From assembly GCA_029548565.1 (NCBI GenBank), contig JAKPNF010000036.1:1-60136 (forward strand): 60,136 bases of DNA. The letters are read 5' to 3'. The translations under genes and the position numbers were made by a program. Within the stretch, counting starts at the first letter, position 1, and every line of letters starts with the position of its first letter. Origin of the DNA: Verrucomicrobiota bacterium. Lineage in GTDB: Bacteria; Verrucomicrobiota; Verrucomicrobiia; Opitutales; JAKPNF01. Shown piece by piece: positions 28,172 through 38,029 of this stretch. The notes below the pieces were generated by a model, which worked only from the letters and a program-made list of their open reading frames with translations, made no database searches and had not been told where the DNA came from.

Positions 28172-31100
28172 ATGAAAAAAACATGCCTCTTCGCCGCTTG
28201 TGCTAGCGCTTGGCTGTTTGCGCAAACGTTAATTGCCGCGGACTATTATTACTTCGGCCCGGGCGATGTCATTGCGGAAAGTGTTTCCGCGCAGATTACC
28301 AACACCGCCACCTTGTCGCCAAACTCGACTTCCGGCGGCGTTTTGAACTTCGACGCCAACAGCGCGGGACAAGCCTACTCGGCTGCCGGTATCCAAATAG
28401 AGGATACATTGGGCGCTACAACCATCTCCGGCATTCACATTCAGGATGGAGCCGTGACTGTCACTGGCGCGACGACGCTCTCATCCGCCGATTACGCACG
28501 CGGCGTGTTGACGCTTTCCGGCGGCACGCTTGATGCGCGAACGTTTCTGCTGGCCGGTGGCAACACAAGTTCGGCCACTTTGGCGTTGGAAGGCGGAATC
28601 TTTAAAGCGACAACGGTAACGCTGGCCACCGGCGCGAACTCCACCGCCTCGATGCTGCTTAGCGGCAACGCCAGTTATTCTGGTTCGCGCATTGAGACAG
28701 GCATCGACGCTGGCGGCATCAATAGTCATGCGCTTATTTCACTTAAAGACAACGCGAAAATATCGCTTTCCGGCGCATTGCAAATGGGACGCGGCACCAA
28801 CAACACCAGCACATTGTCGCTGACAGACGGCGCCGCGATAACAGTCACCAGCGAGTTGGACGCGGGCGTCAGTTCCACGAGCACGACGGCCATCGCGATG
28901 TCCGGAACCTCCAGCCTCACGATCAACGGCAGCCGCTTCCGTTTGGGTGTGGGGGCCGGGTCGTACGCGACATTGAATCTTTCCAATTCTGCAAAATTGA
29001 CCGTGGCCAACGCCTACATGAACGTGGCCGATGGCGCATCCTCAAAGGCGTTTGTCACAGTTTCGGGCACGGCCGGTTTGTCGGTGGCAGGCAACATGTC
29101 GATCGGTGTGGGGCAGTCCAGCTCCGGCGCGATGCACATTGACGGTGGAACCGTGACGGTCGGGGGAACTTACATCGGGTTGGGTCATAACCAATCAGCC
29201 AGCGGCACGCTCACCATTTCGGGCGGTTCGCTTATGGCGGCGGCGAATTTGTCGGTGGGGCATAACTCCGCCAGCGTCGGCACGGTGTATATGAGTGCCG
29301 GGAGCCTTTCGTTGACGACCATAAGCGTGGCTAACGGGACAAATTCAACAGGAACGGTAGCGATTGGCGGCGGTGATGTGAAGTTGACCAACGGCATGGT
29401 AATCGGAATAGGGCAGAGCGCCTCGGGAACTTTCGCCATCGGTGGAGGAACCGTCACCGCAAGCACGATCAGCATGGGACAGAACACTTGCGCCACCGGC
29501 CTGTTGTCTATGACGGGTGGCACGCTGACGATTGCAAACACCCTGAGCCTCGGCCTATATTATTCCACCTCGGGCACGCTGGATATTGCTGACGCCACCG
29601 TGCATGTCAACGGACGGACGGTTTTGGGGCAGTCCGCGCTTTCGACAGGCTCCATTTTGCTTTCCGGTACCGCTTCTTATTATGGAAACCGCTTCGAGGC
29701 GGGCGCCTTGGACGGCAGCTCACAAATGATGTCCGCGTCCATGAGTATCAAGGACACTGCCAAGATGTCGCTTTCCGGTGCCATGGTGCTCGGCTACGGT
29801 CTCGATTCGGCGACGATCATAAACCTTTCCAACAGCGGCGCGCTGACCATAACTGGTGAGCTGGACATGGGCATGACTTCCGGCAGCCATGTGACGTTGT
29901 CGCTTGCGGATTCGTCGGCTGTCACGGTCAACGGCTCGCGCTTGCGCATCGGCGCGCTGGCGGACACGACCGGTTTTTTGTCTGTGGCCGACAACGCCAA
30001 GCTGACCGTTTCCGCCAACAACATCAACCTGGGCGACGGTGCGCGCACCAAGGGCACGTTGAACATTTCGGGCACCGGCAGCAGCGTTTATGCCAACACC
30101 CACATGCGCGTGGGTGCCGGTGTGGGCGCGCAAGGCACTGTCAGCATCACCGGCGGCACGCTCACGATAGCCGGCACGGAACTTTCTATTGGGCACGGCT
30201 CGGGTTCGACCGGCATTTTCTCGATGTCGGGCGGGCATTTGAACATGACCAATGGTGGCGGGGTTATGACGATCGGCAACCAGACAAATTCCAGTGGCAC
30301 GCTGGATCTTTCGGGCACGGCGAGTGTTTCGACGCGGCGTTTGTTGATAGGCAATTCCGGAAACACCATCTCCGGTGTCACCGGCACGATCTCGATCACG
30401 GATAACGCCAAATTGCAATTGTCCAACGCGTTGATCATGGGCTACGGGCCGAATGCGTCCGCCTCGCTGCTGATGGGCGGCAACGGTTATTTGTCGCTGG
30501 TCAATGAACTGGACGTGGGCATGAATAGCGGCAGCAAAGCGTTGATTTCGCTCTCCGGCAGCGCGACGATCACCGGCAACAGCCGCCTGCGTTTGGGTGT
30601 GGCCTCGTTCTCGACGGTGAATATGACGGTGGCAGACAGCGCTCAGGTTCACGACGCGGGCGCGCTTGAGGTGGGCACGGGGCAGAACTCGACCGCCTCG
30701 CTCACGATCGGCGGGGGCAGCGTCAATGTCGGGGCCAACGCGGTGATCGCTTCGGGGCAGACCAGTTCCGGCACGCTTGTGATTTCCGGCGGGGCGCTCA
30801 ACGTGAAGGGCACTTACCTGGGCTTTGCACACAATCAGGGCGCCACCGCGGTCGCCACGCTTTCCGGCGGAGCCATTAATGCGACGCTGGCCGGGATGTC
30901 GGTGGGTAATAATAACACGAGTTCGGCGACGATTTCAATTGAGGGCAGCGAAGTGAACGTCAATACGCTGACATTGGGCAGCGGCGCGAATTCCATCGGA
31001 AAGGTGACAGTCTCCGGCGGTTCCTTGCTGGTGACGGCCACAACGGCGTTGGGCACCGGGCAAAGCGCTTCCGGCACGCTGACAGTCTCCGGCGGCGCGG

Positions 31101-32455
31101 TCACGTTTTCTAATGTTGTGCGCGTGGGCAACGGCAACACAGGCAGCGGTAATATCTACATTTCCGACGGCACTTTGGTGGCCACCGGCGGCAACACGAT
31201 GCTCGGCGTTGGAAACAACTCGACCGGCACGCTGGAGGTGACTGGCAGCGGCGAGGCCACGTTCTCGCGGCTGATTGTCTCAAACGCGTCGTGGGGAGCT
31301 ACGACCAGGGGACAATACACGCAAAGCGGCGGCACCGTCTGGGCGGATATTTTCACTGCGGCTCTGAGCGGATTGGATCCGGCAACGACCCTGTCCACCA
31401 CTTCCGCGGCGGTCGACATCTCGGGCGGCACGTTTTATGTGGCCAGCTATTCCGACATTGGCTCGAACAACTCTTACAGCGGCAATCCCGTTAGCGCCGT
31501 GGTGACGGTGTCCGGCGCCGGTATTTTTCACACGGCGGGCACTTTGAGTGTCATGCGCGGCGCAACGCTTTCCGGTGGGGCGGTGCGAGTGGGTAGCGGC
31601 ATCACGCCGCAGGCCGGAGAAATCGCGGCGGGCGCATTCCGCGTGTTGTACGGCGGACAGGCCAATGTCGGGGCGATCAACAACATCTCGGGATTTGTTT
31701 ATCTCAACGATGGCACCATTACGGCCTCGTCGATGCAAGTCGGCGCGGACGACCACGCGAAAACGGCGAGCGCTTCTTTGGCACTGGGCACTTTTAATAT
31801 TAACACGACGCTCACGCTCGGCTCGGCTCACGCCGACGCGGGAACGGCCGGAGGAAAGGGCTCCATGACGGTTTCCGGTACTGGTGTGCTCAACGTGGAC
31901 GGCAATGTGGTGCTGCAGGGCAACTCGCTGCTGTTGGTCAATGCGGGCACGCTGCGCGTGGGAACGGCTTCCGGCAACACGGGCGTCACTCTGGCGGCCT
32001 CGCAGTCTGGTGCTGTCGCGGAGCTGGCGATACGCAACGGCGCCGATGTGGCGATTTTGGGCACAGGCGGTTTGACGCTCGGGCAGGGTTCGCGGCTGAC
32101 CTTTGGCATCAACGACAGCTTCCAGTCGCTTGACGTGGGCGGGGTGATGCAATTCGCCGACGTGTTGAGCGGCAAGCCAATGATCACTCTGGACTTTGCC
32201 GGGTACACCGGCCCCATCGGCGACATCAGCATCGTGATAACAGGCACGGGCGTGCTCGACTTTGACCAGTGGGGCGGCGTTATTGGCACCGATATCATCG
32301 TCCAAAACCTGTCGAGTGATTACAGCTTTGCCGGTTTGTTTTTAAGCGGCGACGGCAAGGAATTGCTGGCACGCCTTGAAATTCCCGAACCTTCCATGAC
32401 GGCCGCGTTGATGGCGTTTTTGACGCTCGCCATGGTGGCTCGGCGCAGGCGCTAA
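28172..32455 (+). CDS. giant PEP-CTERM-anchored surface protein (1427 aa) made of beta-helix-type repeats
   Basis: Signal peptide MKKTCLFAACASAWLFAQTLIAA. There are dozens of ~25-30 aa units of the form xLxxGxGxxSxGTLxISGGxLxV. The C-terminus is EIPEPSMTAALMAFLTLAMVARRRR. Confidence 0.85.
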   Translation: MKKTCLFAACASAWLFAQTLIAADYYYFGPGDVIAESVSAQITNTATLSPNSTSGGVLNFDANSAGQAYSAAGIQIEDTLGATTISGIHIQDGAVTVTGATTLSSADYARGVLTLSGGTLDARTFLLAGGNTSSATLALEGGIFKATTVTLATGANSTASMLLSGNASYSGSRIETGIDAGGINSHALISLKDNAKISLSGALQMGRGTNNTSTLSLTDGAAITVTSELDAGVSSTSTTAIAMSGTSSLTINGSRFRLGVGAGSYATLNLSNSAKLTVANAYMNVADGASSKAFVTVSGTAGLSVAGNMSIGVGQSSSGAMHIDGGTVTVGGTYIGLGHNQSASGTLTISGGSLMAAANLSVGHNSASVGTVYMSAGSLSLTTISVANGTNSTGTVAIGGGDVKLTNGMVIGIGQSASGTFAIGGGTVTASTISMGQNTCATGLLSMTGGTLTIANTLSLGLYYSTSGTLDIADATVHVNGRTVLGQSALSTGSILLSGTASYYGNRFEAGALDGSSQMMSASMSIKDTAKMSLSGAMVLGYGLDSATIINLSNSGALTITGELDMGMTSGSHVTLSLADSSAVTVNGSRLRIGALADTTGFLSVADNAKLTVSANNINLGDGARTKGTLNISGTGSSVYANTHMRVGAGVGAQGTVSITGGTLTIAGTELSIGHGSGSTGIFSMSGGHLNMTNGGGVMTIGNQTNSSGTLDLSGTASVSTRRLLIGNSGNTISGVTGTISITDNAKLQLSNALIMGYGPNASASLLMGGNGYLSLVNELDVGMNSGSKALISLSGSATITGNSRLRLGVASFSTVNMTVADSAQVHDAGALEVGTGQNSTASLTIGGGSVNVGANAVIASGQTSSGTLVISGGALNVKGTYLGFAHNQGATAVATLSGGAINATLAGMSVGNNNTSSATISIEGSEVNVNTLTLGSGANSIGKVTVSGGSLLVTATTALGTGQSASGTLTVSGGAVTFSNVVRVGNGNTGSGNIYISDGTLVATGGNTMLGVGNNSTGTLEVTGSGEATFSRLIVSNASWGATTRGQYTQSGGTVWADIFTAALSGLDPATTLSTTSAAVDISGGTFYVASYSDIGSNNSYSGNPVSAVVTVSGAGIFHTAGTLSVMRGATLSGGAVRVGSGITPQAGEIAAGAFRVLYGGQANVGAINNISGFVYLNDGTITASSMQVGADDHAKTASASLALGTFNINTTLTLGSAHADAGTAGGKGSMTVSGTGVLNVDGNVVLQGNSLLLVNAGTLRVGTASGNTGVTLAASQSGAVAELAIRNGADVAILGTGGLTLGQGSRLTFGINDSFQSLDVGGVMQFADVLSGKPMITLDFAGYTGPIGDISIVITGTGVLDFDQWGGVIGTDIIVQNLSSDYSFAGLFLSGDGKELLARLEIPEPSMTAALMAFLTLAMVARRRR

Positions 32456-32474
32456 CTATCCCTATCTCTCCGAA

Positions 32475-33353
32475 GTGAAACCGTTAACAGCCATATGCGT
32501 TCTGGTCACGTGCGCCGCCTTCACACAGCAGGCGGCGTACGCGGCGCAGAATTACGCCGAAGTGCAGCGGGTTCATTTCAAGACTGAAAAAGGGCTGTGG
32601 AGCAAGGCGGAAAACTGGGACTTGAAAAAAGTTCCCAACGGTTTTATGCGCGCCTACATTCCGGCGGGCAGCACGGTCACGGTCAATTCGCCCGTCAAGA
32701 TAACGGAGAACATTCTTTTAGGCAGCGCCTCCACCAACGCCGCCACGCTCTACATCACGCGCGGGGCGAAAATCTCCGTCTCGCAGCTTGCGCTGCACGG
32801 CACATTCACCAATGCCAACGGCGTCGTCTATATGCAAGGCGGCGAGCTGGCCGTGGGTAACGACTCCGAGATGCGCGGGATGCTGATGGTCGGCAGCGAG
32901 AGCACCTGCTCGGGCAAGGCGCTTGTCGAAATCAGCGACGGCAACTTCAAAGGCGGCATCACCATCGGCAGTGTTACGCAGGGGAAGCACACGGGCGTCC
33001 TCAAGGTCATCGGCTCCAAACCGGTGATCACCACCAATCCCAAGGGCAGGAATTTTTTGCGCGTCAACGAATTCGGGACGCTGGAATTCGTGCTCGACGA
33101 AAAGGGCGTGGCCACGATGAATTACCGCGCCGGGCGCTTTGTGGTGGACAAGGGAAAAATCATCGTCGACGGGCGGCAGTACCGCGGCTCCTCGCGCAAG
33201 ATCGCGCTGGTTATCGCGGACTCGATGGAAAATGTCCCCGCCGTGCAGGCGGTCAATTTCGACGAGGATTATGAGGTGAAGGTCTTCCCCGAGATCAGCA
33301 AGGACGGCAAAAGCGAGTCGCTGGTTTTGCAGATAACCAAAAAACGTAATTAA
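32475..33353 (+). CDS. secreted protein of unknown function (beta-rich, no PEP-CTERM tail)
   Basis: GTG start 19 nt after the giant gene. Signal peptide MKPLTAICVLVTCAAFTQQAAYA. 292 aa. Confidence 0.55.
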   Translation: MKPLTAICVLVTCAAFTQQAAYAAQNYAEVQRVHFKTEKGLWSKAENWDLKKVPNGFMRAYIPAGSTVTVNSPVKITENILLGSASTNAATLYITRGAKISVSQLALHGTFTNANGVVYMQGGELAVGNDSEMRGMLMVGSESTCSGKALVEISDGNFKGGITIGSVTQGKHTGVLKVIGSKPVITTNPKGRNFLRVNEFGTLEFVLDEKGVATMNYRAGRFVVDKGKIIVDGRQYRGSSRKIALVIADSMENVPAVQAVNFDEDYEVKVFPEISKDGKSESLVLQITKKRN

Positions 33354-33364
33354 ATTTTGAATAC

Positions 33365-35017
33365 ATGAACCTTATCTTCAAAACGACACTCGCCGCCGTG
33401 GCGGTTTTTGCGGCGGACAACTGCGCGCTTTGGGGCGCGGATTACCCCGCCTGGCGCATGATCTACAGCAATGACACGACCAACGTGCTCAATTGCGCCA
33501 GCGCTTACAACGATTTGAAACAGCCCCGCGAGATGACGGAACGGAAAATCCGCGAGAGCGTGCGCGAGGCGGTCGTCGAAGGCATGGACGCGCAGCTCAT
33601 CCAGCCCGCGCACAGCTGGGTGCCGTGGTGGAACAGCAAGCTCGTGCCGCTGGCCGAGCACGAGCAGTGGTTCCGCGAGCATTATGGCGTTGAGCCGAAC
33701 CTGGCAGAGCACCGCTACCTGCTTGCAGGCGGCGACATCATCGGCCCCTTCATCGACGAGTGCCATAAAAACAAGGTGGCCGCGCTGGTGTCTTTTCGCG
33801 CCAACGACGCGCACCACCTGGAGTATTCTTTTGATGAAAAACTCTCCGGCGGCGACGCGCACTCGATGACACGTTTTTACGTCGAGCACCCGCAGTACCG
33901 CCTCGGTCCGCTTTCCTCGCGCAACTGGAAGGACTGTGTGCACAACTGGGCGATCCCCGAGGCGCGCGCTTACAAGGAGGCATTGATCGCCGAGGTGATT
34001 GAAATTTACCCGCAGATGGACGGCATGGAGATCGATTTTTTGCGACACCCGTTTTATTTCAAGGATGATTTGCCGCTGGCCGAGCGCAGTGCCATCATGT
34101 GCGGCTTTTTGAAAAAAGTGCGCGCCGAATTGGACAAGGCGCAGCAGAAAGTCGGCGGGCAGCGCCGCGTGCTGGGCGTGCGCGTGCCGACCGAACCGCA
34201 GGCGTGGAGAGACGTGGGCTTTGTGCCCGCCGATTGGGCGAAGGTGGTTGATTATTTTAACTTAAGTCCCAGCTACGACATGAGCCAGCAAACCGGCGTG
34301 GCGCAGGCGCGCGCCGAGGCGCCCAACACCCGTATTTACGAGGAACTCACCCACACGACGATGACGTGGCGGCTGGCCGACACTGCCTACGACCAGCACC
34401 AGTACCGCCGCAGCACCCACGAGATGCTGGAGAACACCGCGCGCTTGGCCTACGCGCGCGGAGCCGATGGCGTGAGCTTTTTTAATTTCGCCTACTACCG
34501 TGCCCATGGCGGCAAACAAAATTTCAAGGGGCCTTTCAACGAGCCGCCCTTTGCGTTCTTACCCAAGCTCATCGACAAGGCGGCGCTTGAAAAAATCGAC
34601 GGTTATTTTTATGTGCGCGGGCGCGACCTTGTCTTTAATTCGAAAAGAAAAACCCGCGATTACACGATGGACATTTTGCCCGCCAACGGTAACGGGCCTG
34701 CCACCCTGAGAATTCTCGCCGTCACCGAGAAAGAGCGCCCGCAAAGCGAGTTGGAGCCGATTGAGACCGGCATTCAGCGTGGGAACTGGGTGGTGGAGCT
34801 AAACGGCAAGCGCCTCACTCAGACAAAAAACACGATGGGCACTTACCCGTTTGATTCCGAAATCAAGAGCGGCTTCAACAAGGCCGAACAATACCTTTCG
34901 TTCTTGGTGCCATCCGGCGCGTTGAAGGACGGTGACAACGTCGTTAGGGTAGTTTGTACCGCCGCAACACGGCCGATGCACCTGCGTTGGATAGAAATTA
35001 TCCAACCCTCCAAGTAG
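33365..35017 (+). CDS. secreted hypothetical protein, possibly a glycoside-hydrolase-like TIM-barrel protein
   Basis: Signal peptide MNLIFKTTLAAVAVFAA. Blocks such as VSFRANDAHH, NWAIPEARAY...YPQMDGMEIDFLRHP and LGVRVPT resemble GH-like TIM-barrel families, but this is a weak call. Confidence 0.5.
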   Translation: MNLIFKTTLAAVAVFAADNCALWGADYPAWRMIYSNDTTNVLNCASAYNDLKQPREMTERKIRESVREAVVEGMDAQLIQPAHSWVPWWNSKLVPLAEHEQWFREHYGVEPNLAEHRYLLAGGDIIGPFIDECHKNKVAALVSFRANDAHHLEYSFDEKLSGGDAHSMTRFYVEHPQYRLGPLSSRNWKDCVHNWAIPEARAYKEALIAEVIEIYPQMDGMEIDFLRHPFYFKDDLPLAERSAIMCGFLKKVRAELDKAQQKVGGQRRVLGVRVPTEPQAWRDVGFVPADWAKVVDYFNLSPSYDMSQQTGVAQARAEAPNTRIYEELTHTTMTWRLADTAYDQHQYRRSTHEMLENTARLAYARGADGVSFFNFAYYRAHGGKQNFKGPFNEPPFAFLPKLIDKAALEKIDGYFYVRGRDLVFNSKRKTRDYTMDILPANGNGPATLRILAVTEKERPQSELEPIETGIQRGNWVVELNGKRLTQTKNTMGTYPFDSEIKSGFNKAEQYLSFLVPSGALKDGDNVVRVVCTAATRPMHLRWIEIIQPSK

Positions 35018-35029
35018 TAGTAGTAGTAG
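35015..35029 (+). repeat. (TAG)5 trinucleotide run: five consecutive in-frame stop codons
   Basis: The sequence tcc aag tag tag tag tag tag caa is read directly. The first TAG terminates CDS 33365..35017. Confidence 0.95.
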
Positions 35030-35177
35030 CAAGGCCGTGCCGAAACAGGAAGGGGTTTCGCGCACAGCCGGTGCCTGCGCGGCATTTTCCCCAAATGTCC
35101 GCGCAGGCGCCACCTTGCCGGGGAGAAAAGGACGAACCTGTTGTGCCCGCCAAGAAATTTCAATACAGTTGCTCATC

Positions 35178-36206
35178 ATGAAAATAAAAAAAGCCCATAC
35201 ACTTCTGGCGGGTTTTTGCGCCTTGTCGCTGGCGCACTCCGCGCCCGTGCAATTGATCTTTGACACCGACATGGGCAACGATGTCGACGACGCCCTGGCG
35301 CTGGCCATGGTGCATTCGCTGCAAAGCCTAGGCGAGTGCAAACTGCTGGCCGTCACCACCAACAAGGACAATCCTTACAGCCCCCTGCTGGTCGATGTGA
35401 TAAACACGTTTTACGGGCGTGGCGACATTCCGATCGGCGCCGTCAAAAACAGCGGGGTGACTCCCGAAGATGGCCGCTTCGCCAAGCAAGTGTGCGAGCG
35501 CGTGGATGGCGACGGTAATTTTATATACGCGCGCACGCACAAGACGGGCGACGTTTTTCCCGAGGCGTCCGCGCTGCTGCGCAAGACGCTCGCGCAGGCC
35601 GAGGATAATTCGGTCGTGTTTATCGTCATCGGTTTTTCGACCAATATGGCACGACTGCTGGCCTCACCGCCGGACGACATTTCGCCGCTGGACGGCAAGG
35701 CGCTCTTAGCCAAAAAGGGAAAATTCGTTTCCATCATGGCGGCGAATTTTTCGCCGAAAAAAACGCTGGAGTACAATGTCCAAAAAGATCCCCCCAGCGC
35801 GGAGGCTTTTTACCGCGACTGCCCGATCCCGATGGTCTTTAGCAGCTATGAGATCGGCGAGTCGGTGCCCTATCCGTGGTCGAGCATCCAGAAAGATTAC
35901 AAGTGGGCGAAGGACAACCCGGTCGTGGAATCCTACAAACTCTATGAAAAAGGCCCGCACGACCGTCCCACTTGGGACTTGTGCAGCGTGCTGTACGCGG
36001 TGCGCCCCGAGCGCGCAGACTATTACTCCCTTTCCAAACCCGGGACGGTGGCGCTCACCGACGCGCGCGGCCACACGGCCTTCAAGCCGTCCGCCGACGG
36101 CAAGCACCGCCTCATGCAAATGAGCGCCGCGCAAAAAAGGCAGACACTCAAGGCGCTCGTTGAGCTAAGCTCGCGCCCGCGCGACAAAACTCCCGTGCAA
36201 AAATAG
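35178..36206 (+). CDS. secreted inosine/uridine-preferring nucleoside hydrolase (IUNH) family homolog
   Basis: ATG 35178 gives MKIKKAHTLLAGFCALSLAHSAP, a signal peptide. It is followed by LIFDTDMGNDVDDALALAMV, the IUNH DxDxxxDD motif. Confidence 0.7.
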   Translation: MKIKKAHTLLAGFCALSLAHSAPVQLIFDTDMGNDVDDALALAMVHSLQSLGECKLLAVTTNKDNPYSPLLVDVINTFYGRGDIPIGAVKNSGVTPEDGRFAKQVCERVDGDGNFIYARTHKTGDVFPEASALLRKTLAQAEDNSVVFIVIGFSTNMARLLASPPDDISPLDGKALLAKKGKFVSIMAANFSPKKTLEYNVQKDPPSAEAFYRDCPIPMVFSSYEIGESVPYPWSSIQKDYKWAKDNPVVESYKLYEKGPHDRPTWDLCSVLYAVRPERADYYSLSKPGTVALTDARGHTAFKPSADGKHRLMQMSAAQKRQTLKALVELSSRPRDKTPVQK

Positions 36207-36217
36207 CACCCGTTGCC

Positions 36218-37993
36218 ATGCCCTATTTTCTTCTGGCCGAAGCCGCTCCTGTTGTCGAGATGACGTTCAAACTGACCTGGTTTGACGTGCTCATCATGTG
36301 CGGGGCGATTGTGTTTAACTTGTCCGTGGGCGCGTATTTTTCGCGCAAGCAAACGGGCACCAAATCCTATTTTTTGGGCGGGGGAAACCTGCCGGGCTGG
36401 CTGGTGGGCTTTTCGATCACCGCCTCGATGATCTCGGCGATGACCTTTTTGGCGCTGCCGGGCTACACATTTAAGGAAGACTGGTTTTGGGTGCTGCCGA
36501 GTTTCTGCTTTTTGATTCTAGGTGTCTTGAGCGCGTATTTCATCGTGCCGTTTTTCCGCCGGGTGCAAACACCCAGCGGCTACGCGTTTTTGGAGCAGCG
36601 CTACGGCACCTGGGCGCGCGTGTACGCGGCGGTGGGGTTCATGACGTTTAACCTGATGCGCCTGGGCATCGTGCTGTACGTCACGAGTATTGCGCTGGAG
36701 GAATTTTTGCCGGTGGCCGGCGCGCTCAGGGCGTTTGAGGGCGCGATGGGCGGCGACTTGCCGTGGCTGTTTCACGAGCCGATCTTTTGGGTGATCCTCA
36801 TTCTGGGCGCGGTGGCCACGCTGTACACGATGTTTGGCGGGCTGGAGGCCGTCATCTGGACGGATTTTTTCCAGTCCATGCTTTTCATCTTCGGCGGGGC
36901 GACGCTGCTGCCGATCATCCTGTATCAGATTTCTCAGGTGACCGACGTTTCCTTTCTGGGCGGCTTTTCGGAAATCTTCACCCGCGCGGCGGAGGCGGGC
37001 AAGCTCTCCATCGGTAGCACGGAGTTGACCCTCGGCGAGGTGGACGGCAAAAAGACGCTCTGGGTCGTCATGATCTCGACCTTGTTCGTGAACGCCAACG
37101 ACTACACCACGCGCCAGGATTTTATCCAGCGCTACCGCGCGCCGAAAGATTTGTTCAACGCGCGCTTCGCGGTGATTTTGGGCGCGTGCACGGTCGTGCC
37201 GATCTGGCTGTATTTTAATTTTCTGGGTACCTCGCTGTGGGTTTATTATGACATCGCCCCCGACGCCACGGTGGATGCCTTTCGCAATATCGCGCCGGAA
37301 AAAATCGTGCCTTACTTTATGGCGCAATACCTGCCGGTGGGCTTGAAGGGCTTTTTTCTGGCCGCGATTCTCACGGCCTCCTTGAGCACGATGGCTCCGA
37401 TGCTCAACGCCTGCACCGTCACCTGGGTGGACGATTTTTACCACCGTTTCATCGTGCGCAACAAACCCGACATGCACTATGTTCGGGTGGGACGCGTGTC
37501 GACTTGCCTGATCGGCGTGTTCATGGTCACCAGCGCCACGCTCATTTATGTGTGGCGCTCCCAGACCTTGCAAAACATGCATGCCACGCTGGCGATGATC
37601 TGCTCGATAGGCTTGTTCGGCCTGTTCATGGTCGGCTTTTTCAGCAAGGGGGTGGGCAACCGCGCGGCTTTTTGCGCCTCAAGCATTGTGGTGCCGCTGG
37701 GGCTGCTGTGGTCGGCGTTTTACTTCATCAAAAACAGCGAGGGCTTCCCCGCATCCTTCGGCGGCTGGCTGCACGAGAATTTCCTGGGCGGCGGGAGCGC
37801 GTCACTGGAGGAAGTGATTGCGAGCGTCTCTCAATTCCACGCGAACATGGACAACTGGGTGCCGGACATTTTCTGGCTGACCGTCTTCATGAATTTGCTG
37901 ATGATAGGCCTGGCGTTATTATTCTCAAAAATTTTCCCGCAGGAAAAGAAAGAGCTTAAAAACCTGACAATTCATACGGTCGATCAAAAATAA
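36218..37993 (+). CDS. sodium:solute symporter (SSS) family transporter
   Basis: 591 aa, polytopic. YFLGGGNLPGWLVGFSITASMISAMTFLALPG and GGLEAVIWTDFFQ are SSS-family blocks. Confidence 0.8.
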   Translation: MPYFLLAEAAPVVEMTFKLTWFDVLIMCGAIVFNLSVGAYFSRKQTGTKSYFLGGGNLPGWLVGFSITASMISAMTFLALPGYTFKEDWFWVLPSFCFLILGVLSAYFIVPFFRRVQTPSGYAFLEQRYGTWARVYAAVGFMTFNLMRLGIVLYVTSIALEEFLPVAGALRAFEGAMGGDLPWLFHEPIFWVILILGAVATLYTMFGGLEAVIWTDFFQSMLFIFGGATLLPIILYQISQVTDVSFLGGFSEIFTRAAEAGKLSIGSTELTLGEVDGKKTLWVVMISTLFVNANDYTTRQDFIQRYRAPKDLFNARFAVILGACTVVPIWLYFNFLGTSLWVYYDIAPDATVDAFRNIAPEKIVPYFMAQYLPVGLKGFFLAAILTASLSTMAPMLNACTVTWVDDFYHRFIVRNKPDMHYVRVGRVSTCLIGVFMVTSATLIYVWRSQTLQNMHATLAMICSIGLFGLFMVGFFSKGVGNRAAFCASSIVVPLGLLWSAFYFIKNSEGFPASFGGWLHENFLGGGSASLEEVIASVSQFHANMDNWVPDIFWLTVFMNLLMIGLALLFSKIFPQEKKELKNLTIHTVDQK

Positions 37994-38029
37994 TAAGACG
38001 CGCCCTGCATGGCGGGCGCTAAACCCAGC

